Shown: positions 16,521-24,972 of the stretch, one piece after another
Layout of the letters: each line of letters begins with the position of its first letter
How positions within the stretch are numbered: position 1 is the first letter of the stretch
From: Candidatus Methanoperedens sp.
Lineage (GTDB): Archaea; Halobacteriota; Methanosarcinia; Methanosarcinales; Methanoperedenaceae
DNA length: 32,000 bases
Assembly (NCBI GenBank): GCA_041494705.1
Contig: JBGQBI010000003.1
Coordinates: forward strand, 296,637 to 328,636
Direction of reading: 5' to 3'
Position numbers and translations under genes: made by a program
Notes under the pieces: model-generated
The model's database searches: none
Seen by the model: only the letters and a program-made list of their open reading frames with translations
Told to the model about the DNA's origin: nothing

Positions 16521-19015
16521 TTACTCACCCTTTAAGGAAAAATTGCTACAATTAATGACTTAACTCGTACTTATTCTATATAACAGTTCTCATAAATTAA
16601 TGTTTCAGTTTGTCTTTTTAAAAACTAGTTTTTTCTGAGAACCAATTGAATAAAGCGATTGTAGATTACAATTTACATAATAATGTTTCAATCCTTGTTT
16701 TAGTGGATGTGCCTCTTGAATTAAAAATCTATTCATGGATGGTGAAGAAGGGTTAATGTTTCAATCCTTGTTTTAGTGGATGTGCCTCTTGAATGCTGAA
16801 TGGAAACGGCTGGGGTATCGCAAAAGCGGGAGTAGAGTTTCAATCCTTGTTTTAGTGGATGTGCCTCTTGAATGCAACAGCTTATAGCAGAATATGACAA
16901 TAAACATAAGTTTCAATCCTTGTTTTAGTGGATGTGCCTCTTGAATATAACTGTATGTCCTCGATGTCATTCGTGGGCGAGGAGTTTCAATCCTTGTTTT
17001 AGTGGATGTGCCTCTTGAATATTATCAAGAGTTCCTGAAAACGCAAAATATCTGGAAGTTTCAATCCTTGTTTTAGTGGATGTGCCTCTTGAATGTCAGG
17101 GAACGGGAAGAACGAAAACGGGAAGTTCTGGTTTCAATCCTTGTTTTAGTGGATGTGCCTCTTGAATGAGAAAGAGATTGATGATGATATTTTCGCTATT
17201 GGTTTCAATCCTTGTTTTAGTGGATGTGCCTCTTGAATTCTTGATTGCCCGGATGGATCTATTAATTGAACAGAAGTTTCAATCCTTGTTTTAGTGGATG
17301 TGCCTCTTGAATTGCAAAAATCTGGTTTGAATTATTCGGCATTACTACGGTTTCAATCCTTGTTTTAGTGGATGTGCCTCTTGAATGAAGAGTTTTGTAC
17401 AATGCAGCAAGGGCGTAATGAAGTTTCAATCCTTGTTTTAGTGGATGTGCCTCTTGAATCTTTCAGTTCATCTGTTTTTTCAACTGCTTTGATGTTAGTT
17501 TCAATCCTTGTTTTAGTGGATGTGCCTCTTGAATCCCTCTTCACGGAAGGAAAGGCAGGAGAACTACAGTTTCAATCCTTGTTTTAGTGGATGTGCCTCT
17601 TGAATAGTTGAAAAACCCGTGCCCGCTTGCGAGAATGTCAGTTTCAATCCTTGTTTTAGTGGATGTGCCTCTTGAATATGACAGCTCCAACAATTCCGGA
17701 TATCTTTGTATGTTTCAATCCTTGTTTTAGTGGATGTGCCTCTTGAATAATTATCGAAAAAACCTTATACGCCGACGAAACAGGTTTCAATCCTTGTTTT
17801 AGTGGATGTGCCTCTTGAATTATGCTCTGGTGATATCATGGTCTCGAGAGCATATGGTTTCAATCCTTGTTTTAGTGGATGTGCCTCTTGAATGTCTTTC
17901 TGTATTCCATCAAGTCCACGATCCTGAGTTTCAATCCTTGTTTTAGTGGATGTGCCTCTTGAATCTGATCCGTTTTTTTTATTCCCTGGAAGAACACCAG
18001 GGTTTCAATCCTTGTTTTAGTGGATGTGCCTCTTGAATTTTCTATGGTGTGTGCGGTCAGGCCCCTGACCTGACAAGTTTCAATCCTTGTTTTAGTGGAT
18101 GTGCCTCTTGAATCGGGTATGCGGTTTCATAATCACGCCTGAACCTTAGTTTCAATCCTTGTTTTAGTGGATGTGCCTCTTGAATGCCTCGAATCCGCGC
18201 AAGGCGTCGGATATCGTGGGTTTCAATCCTTGTTTTAGTGGATGTGCCTCTTGAATTCTTTTTCAGCAACAGGAGGAACACATGCCACAGAGTTTCAATC
18301 CTTGTTTTAGTGGATGTGCCTCTTGAATCCGCCCATATAGCGCAAAACAACCCGCCCATCTGGGTTTCAATCCTTGTTTTAGTGGATGTGCCTCTTGAAT
18401 TCAAGCGTCTGCCGCTCACGGACTATGAGAAGGCAGTTTCAATCCTTGTTTTAGTGGATGTGCCTCTTGAATTATATTGCTTTTTTGGTGCGACCACAAG
18501 AGATATAGTTTCAATCCTTGTTTTAGTGGATGTGCCTCTTGAATAATATTTTAGAAAAGCATGTCGGCAGGCATATCAAGTTTCAATCCTTGTTTTAGTG
18601 GATGTGCCTCTTGAATACAATCAAGAAGTCATGTACATTCTCAGTCTACTAGGTTTCAATCCTTGTTTTAGTGGATGTGCCTCTTGAATGAAAAGCAGGA
18701 GGAGTGGAAGCCTATATATATATAAGTTTCAATCCTTGTTTTAGTGGATGTGCCTCTTGAATCCGAGCGCAGCGGAAATTATCTCATTTGAAATAATAGT
18801 TTCAATCCTTGTTTTAGTGGATGTGCCTCTTGAATAATCAGGTGCAGGAGCGCCGTAATCGAATCCTTCATGTTTCAATCCTTGTTTTAGTGGATGTGCC
18901 TCTTGAATTACACCTTTTTCCCCTTTTGAATTGGTACATTTTTGTTTCAATCCTTGTTTTAGTGGATGTGCCTCTTGAATAGGCTCGATGATAAGAACTC
19001 TCCATGCGAAAGCTG

Positions 19016-19052
19016 GTTTCAATCCTAGTTTTCGTGGATGTGCCTCTTGAAT
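19016..19052 (-). repeat. Variant CRISPR repeat (repeat 33 from the left) with two substitutions
   Basis: GTTTCAATCCTaGTTTTcGTGGATGTGCCTCTTGAAT: plus-strand position 12 is T>A and position 18 is A>C. Confidence 0.95.
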
Positions 19053-19086
19053 ATCCAAAGTCCGAACATAACTTTCCAAGCTTACA

Positions 19087-19123
19087 GTTTAAATCCTTGT
19101 TTTAGTGGATGTGCCTCTTGAAT
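19087..19123 (-). repeat. Variant CRISPR repeat (repeat 34 from the left) with one substitution inside the 8-nt handle
   Basis: GTTTaAATCC...: plus-strand position 5 is C>A, so the sense-strand handle becomes ATTTAAAC instead of ATTGAAAC. Confidence 0.95.
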
Positions 19124-20789
19124 ATAGCGGGTATATTTATATAGTGTCTAACCAATGTTGTTTCAATCCTTGTTTTAGTGGATGTGCCTCTTGAATGTCC
19201 GAAGCGGATCAAGCGCGTGGACTGTGGCTTCAGTTTCAATCCTTGTTTTAGTGGATGTGCCTCTTGAATTTTCTCAATGGAAGTGCGTACAAGAACAATG
19301 TGACGTTTCAATCCTTGTTTTAGTGGATGTGCCTCTTGAATCCTTGAGGGTGAGTAGCGAGGCTACCGCATATTATAGTTTCAATCCTTGTTTTAGTGGA
19401 TGTGCCTCTTGAATTCAGGTACATCCCGCCGAAGCTGCACCTGTTCCGCGGTTTCAATCCTTGTTTTAGTGGATGTGCCTCTTGAATCTCCGGCTGCCGG
19501 GCAAAGCGGCCATTGTTCAAAGTTTCAATCCTTGTTTTAGTGGATGTGCCTCTTGAATCTGGTTCATGAAGGGATACCCGATTTCAAGGAGCTTAGTTTC
19601 AATCCTTGTTTTAGTGGATGTGCCTCTTGAATGTACATTTATGAATTGGAAGTAATCGTTAAACTTGTTTCAATCCTTGTTTTAGTGGATGTGCCTCTTG
19701 AATACGGCGGAGATAGCGTCTTCGGAGTACAGTACGAGGTTTCAATCCTTGTTTTAGTGGATGTGCCTCTTGAATCCCATATGATTTTTTCAGACAGTTT
19801 CAGCGCAGGTGTTTCAATCCTTGTTTTAGTGGATGTGCCTCTTGAATTCCTCAATCGAGGAAGTCAGCCGGGCAGAAATGAGTTTCAATCCTTGTTTTAG
19901 TGGATGTGCCTCTTGAATGAAGCGGATCAAGCGCGTGGACTGCGGTTTCGTGAAGTTTCAATCCTTGTTTTAGTGGATGTGCCTCTTGAATGCCCGGCAG
20001 CGCGGGAGCCGCAAGCGCGAACAACAGTTTCAATCCTTGTTTTAGTGGATGTGCCTCTTGAATTTTGTCGTGAAGAAATGGCGGAAGCAATGTGGAGGTT
20101 TCAATCCTTGTTTTAGTGGATGTGCCTCTTGAATTACGCTCATAAATCCTCAGGAGGGATTGATTCAAAGTTTCAATCCTTGTTTTAGTGGATGTGCCTC
20201 TTGAATGAAGAGGCGACCGCGCGGTTGAAGGAGTTCATGAAGTTTCAATCCTTGTTTTAGTGGATGTGCCTCTTGAATACAAGGAATATCAATGTTGATT
20301 CCACAGAGAAAAAAAGTTTCAATCCTTGTTTTAGTGGATGTGCCTCTTGAATCAGGACGGGGTTTGTAGTGTGCAGGCCCTCGAATACCAGGGTTTCAAT
20401 CCTTGTTTTAGTGGATGTGCCTCTTGAATGCGCTGAACGCATACAAGGGAAACGGCTTTCTGGAGTTTCAATCCTTGTTTTAGTGGATGTGCCTCTTGAA
20501 TTTTTGGTACCATTCCTTATCCTAGGAACGAGAAAGTTTCAATCCTTGTTTTAGTGGATGTGCCTCTTGAATCATCTGCGATATGGTTGTTTGGTAATCA
20601 GACAAATGGTTTCAATCCTTGTTTTAGTGGATGTGCCTCTTGAATTGTGATCTCGCTTCCGGAACTCGCCTCATCACCGAGTTTCAATCCTTGTTTTAGT
20701 GGATGTGCCTCTTGAATTCCAGGTTCCTATAGGATCGGTGTAGAGAATATTAGTTTCAATCCTTGTTTTAGTGGATGTGCCTCTTGAAT

Positions 20790-20897
20790 AGCACGAATTT
20801 TCGGCTATTTGGGTCAAAATACGTGTTATTATGGCTTATTTCTTGTGCTCAAAATTCTTGGTGCAAAATTATAGAATGGTTTATAAAGACAAGAAAA
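20790..20897 (-). promoter_or_regulatory. Probable CRISPR leader with a TATA-like element
   Basis: This is a 108-nt AT-rich spacer between the cas4 stop (20898) and the last repeat. The minus strand carries CTTTATAAACC (plus-strand tttataaag at 20880-20888) and CTATAATTTT. Its position is consistent with the inferred array polarity. Confidence 0.55.
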
Positions 20898-22770
<1,873 letters not shown>

Positions 22771-22965
22771 GTTTATTCCCCCTGAACGCTTTGCGATTTT
22801 TGCACCGCAGAGAACGCAAAGGACGCAAAGATTATGCTTTATATTGTCATGTTGTTTTCGTTTCTTAATATATTAACCGCAGATAAACGCAAAACTTTAT
22901 GAAAGTTTTATCAAACGAGGGGTATGCTTCGCATACCCCAACACTGCGTAAACCGAAGTTTCGGT
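22771..22965 (-). promoter_or_regulatory. Unusually long (195 nt) cas6-cas1 intergenic region with three hairpins, a TATA-like element and repeated ACCGCAGA-N-AACGCAAA motifs; probable terminator plus internal regulated promoter
   Basis: The hairpins are AAACCGAA-GT-TTCGGTTT (22950-22967), GGGGTATGC-TTC-GCATACCCC (22919-22939) and AAAACTTT-ATG-AAAGTTTT (22891-22909). The motif ACCGCAGAGAACGCAAA occurs at 22804-22820, followed by ACGCAAAG at 22823-22830, and ACCGCAGATAAACGCAAA occurs at 22876-22893. TTAATATATTAA is at 22865-22876. Confidence 0.35.
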
Positions 22966-23658
22966 TTATGAACGCAGATGCCTGATTGCATAAGGCTCCT
23001 CTTTTGCCAGACCTTTAACAGCCCCGAAGCCTCTTGAAACTGATTTCCCGATGCCAAGATAATCAGGTATGAGGAAGTTGGTACAGAATCCTCCGATGAA
23101 GGTCATCACGTTTACGTCTTTTAACCTGCTTTTCCTGATATTTACATCAACATCGCATTTTATCTTTTCGGGTACCTGATAATCTAAAGATTTTGACACG
23201 GAAAGAAGGTTCCCAATGAGCGTTTTTCTAAGGAATTCATTTCTATCCTCATGACTCTTAAGACCATAGTACTTCATGTAATTCTCCTGGTTGAGCGCAA
23301 GCCATGGCGTGGCGAACTCGTAGGAATGTATCTTTTCCGAAATCCCAAACTCCTGGTTCCTGACAGAGATGCCCTTCTCTACGATCTCATAAACCTCCTC
23401 GCCAAGTTTTATTTCATCGTATTTATCATAAACCAGTTTTAAAACGTCGGCGCCGTCATTGATTCCGATGACCATGGGCGCGCCGTCTATCATCTTGTAC
23501 TGCACGAGGGGATAGCGATAGATGAGCCTGTCGGCGCTGTGCTGGTGGAGGAGGGAGTATTCGTTGAATTGGGTGGCGAAGAAGCCGCGAAGCTCTGCTG
23601 AGGTGCCCTGGATGGGGCGGGTGGAAGCGAGGGTGAGGGTGAAGGTTTTGAGGTTCAT
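22966..23658 (-). CDS. cas6: Cas6-family CRISPR endoribonuclease (paralogue linked to the adaptation and type I-B genes)
   Basis: The C-terminal G-rich loop is IPDYLGIGKSVSRGFGAV. It is collinear with the cas6 at 11957-12616 (LRGFFATQF...LLHQH...YRYPLVQYK). I prefer the ATG at 23658 (MNLKTF...); the ORF track uses an upstream GTG at 23670. Confidence 0.75.
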   Translation of the reverse strand: MNLKTFTLTLASTRPIQGTSAELRGFFATQFNEYSLLHQHSADRLIYRYPLVQYKMIDGAPMVIGINDGADVLKLVYDKYDEIKLGEEVYEIVEKGISVRNQEFGISEKIHSYEFATPWLALNQENYMKYYGLKSHEDRNEFLRKTLIGNLLSVSKSLDYQVPEKIKCDVDVNIRKSRLKDVNVMTFIGGFCTNFLIPDYLGIGKSVSRGFGAVKGLAKEEPYAIRHLRS

Positions 23659-23746
23659 ATTTTTATGCACTATGTTTTATCACTTTGGTCTGCTACTGCA
23701 TTGCGGCGCTGGGGTTGCGACCCCAGACCCCGGTGAGGCGCCGCCG
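23659..23746 (-). repeat. Copy 1 of a duplicated junction segment (AT-rich part plus a GC-rich part containing GGCGCCGCCG), immediately upstream of cas6
   Basis: ATTTTTATGCACTATGTTTTATCACTTTGGTCTGCTACTGCAT... aligns with 24779-24840 (TTTTTTTCATGCACTATAGTTATCA...CTTTGGTGTATG...TGCAT). Both are followed by GC-rich sequence containing GGCGCCGCCG (23737-23746 and 24852-24861). Confidence 0.5.
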
Positions 23747-23855
23747 ATGGCGGGGTTTTCTGTAAGCAGATTGTTACATGTTAACCAGTTTTGAAATTCT
23801 AGCGCTGCTATTTTTGATGCTTATTAATTTGTGAACATTTTCACTTATGAGGTCT

Positions 23856-24287
23856 TCAATCTTTAATTTCTATGTACTTGTCAATGGTCTCTATGAATTC
23901 ATAAAAATCCTTCAATTCTATATTTAGATAAGAATATGCCCTTGAATCATCTATATGTCCATATTGATGCACAAGCAAATTTCGAAATCCAACAAGTTCT
24001 TCAAGCCTGGTGGAAAGTGACCCTGTTATCACTCCATTTTCAGCAAGTTTCCTGATACTATCTTTACTATCGGTCGGTATTCCAAATCCTTTTTCAGATA
24101 TGATCAAATTACAGATGTCAAGTAAATTTTCACTTGCCAGTTGGAAAGCGCGTTCACACGCTCTTTTCCTCAGACCGCTGTTCAGGTATTCCTCTTTTTC
24201 TTCTGGAAGGTATTCCTCAAGTTCTCTCAGGTATTTCTCCAGTTCATCCATCTTTTCTAATATTCTATCTTTATCCAAGAATATCAT
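23856..24287 (-). CDS. hepT: HEPN-domain (DUF86 / HepT-type) toxin
   Basis: The Rx4H motif appears as GFRNLLVHQY. The 143-aa helical protein has a start that overlaps the stop of the upstream nucleotidyltransferase gene by 4 nt. Confidence 0.85.
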   Translation of the reverse strand: MIFLDKDRILEKMDELEKYLRELEEYLPEEKEEYLNSGLRKRACERAFQLASENLLDICNLIISEKGFGIPTDSKDSIRKLAENGVITGSLSTRLEELVGFRNLLVHQYGHIDDSRAYSYLNIELKDFYEFIETIDKYIEIKD

Positions 24288-24733
24288 CCCAATCTGGCTC
24301 TAACACGTTCCATAACATGCTTATGATAGTCCTTAGTGAGCCTTTTATATCGTTCATATTCTATATCATTTATCTTTGAAAGTGTTAATATGTAATACAT
24401 GTCCTGCGTGTAAAGCACCCTGCCTTCGAGAAATACCCTTTTGCGTATATAAACAGGCAGTTCATCAATGAATGAAATATCGATATTCTCAGGAACTGAA
24501 TTGTTAATGGATATCCTCTCTTTCAGGGGAATTTCAATATCATGTTTTGGTATGATACATATATCTATGTCGCTCTTTTCTTTTTCAGTTCCTCTGGCTT
24601 TTGAACCAAAAAGGATGATGGAATGAACAAGCCTGGACCTCTTGAGTTTTGAGATTGCCTCGTTTATGTCTTCGTTTGATATATTTTGGTCGTTCCTTTT
24701 TGTCACAGGGACAATTTGATTTTTCATTATCAT
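24284..24733 (-). CDS. mntA: Minimal nucleotidyltransferase (MNT / MntA-type) antitoxin
   Basis: It carries the GS-x-AR-G ... D-x-D signature (ILFGSKARGTEKEKSDIDICII) and is paired with the HEPN gene. Confidence 0.85.
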   Translation of the reverse strand: MIMKNQIVPVTKRNDQNISNEDINEAISKLKRSRLVHSIILFGSKARGTEKEKSDIDICIIPKHDIEIPLKERISINNSVPENIDISFIDELPVYIRKRVFLEGRVLYTQDMYYILTLSKINDIEYERYKRLTKDYHKHVMERVRARLG

Positions 24734-24778
24734 TCTCTCTGCTGTATAATTATTTAAAGACTGGCTCTTCTACATCTA

Positions 24779-24861
24779 TTTTTTTCATGCACTATAGTTA
24801 TCATTTTTGTTAACTTTGGTGTATGTAATTATTGCATGTCTCAGGAAATCCGGCGCCGCCG
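24779..24861 (-). repeat. Copy 2 of the duplicated junction segment, immediately upstream of mntA
   Basis: See copy 1 (23659-23746). The orientation is direct, and the two copies bracket the mntA-hepT pair. Confidence 0.5.
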
Positions 24862-24962
24862 CAAAGTCCCTGCGCGCCGTCTGTGATGCCGCGCCGCGCA
24901 TGGGTGTGGAGGATGGGGGGGGCGGGGATGCAGGCGGAGGCGAGGGTGAGGTTGAGGTTCAT
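24810..24962 (-). pseudogene. Decayed 5' fragment of a cas6 gene (50-codon remnant ORF) starting 10 nt after the cas3 stop
   Basis: The minus strand reads ATGAACCTCAA-CCTCACCCTCGCCTCCGCC..., against cas6 (23658 downward) ATGAACCTCAAaaccttcaCCCTCACCCTCGCTTCCACC.... The peptide MNLNLTLASACIPAPPIL...AQGLCGGAGF compares with Cas6 MNLKTFTLTLASTRPIQG...AELRGFFATQF. It ends after 50 codons, is far more GC-rich than its surroundings, and has no G-rich loop or rest of the fold. Confidence 0.55.
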
Positions 24963-24972
24963 GGTCCTAGTT

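Larger units (their letters stand above)
16685..20789 (-). CRISPR. CRISPR array with 57 repeats of 37 nt and 56 spacers of 34-42 nt. Plus-strand repeat: GTTTCAATCCTTGTTTTAGTGGATGTGCCTCTTGAAT. Transcribed sense: ATTCAAGAGGCACATCCACTAAAACAAGGATTGAAAC
   Basis: I located every repeat by hand, from the first at 16685-16721 to the last at 20753-20789. Spacer lengths sum to 1996 nt, which equals 4105 - 57x37. I infer the minus orientation from three things: the sense repeat ends in ATTGAAAC (the common 8-nt 5' handle), all cas genes are on the minus strand, and the AT-rich leader lies next to cas4. Confidence 0.97.

Noticed and set aside
16602-16638. Possible degenerate terminal repeat (GTTTCAGTTTGTCTTTTT...) 83 nt left of the first repeat
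   Set aside because: Only 17 of 37 positions match, mostly T runs in AT-rich DNA, and the spacing of 83 nt does not fit the 71-79-nt period. It is not distinguishable from chance.
16773-20554. Many 60-120-aa ORFs on both strands inside the array (for example 18057-18419, 18184-18546, 18741-19079, 19851-20168) with recurring peptides SILVLVDVPLE, RGTSTKTRIET and IQEAHPLKQGLK
   Set aside because: They are translations of the 37-nt CRISPR repeat in different frames. The periodic identical peptides are an artefact of the array, not genes.
16722-20752. A monotonic GC trend of spacers along the array (older AT-rich, newer GC-rich)
   Set aside because: Hand counts show AT-rich and GC-rich spacers interspersed at both ends. 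For example, 20279-20315 near the leader is AT-rich, and 16795-16836 near the trailer is GC-rich. Only heterogeneity, not a gradient, is supported.
23690-23771. A tRNA-like appearance of the GC-rich island (closing stem plus GGGG-TCGCAA-CCCC hairpin)
   Set aside because: The arm order and spacing do not fit a cloverleaf. The T-like hairpin is not adjacent to the 3' acceptor strand, there is no D or anticodon arm of the right size, and the loop is 6 nt rather than 7. I kept it only as an unexplained structured element.
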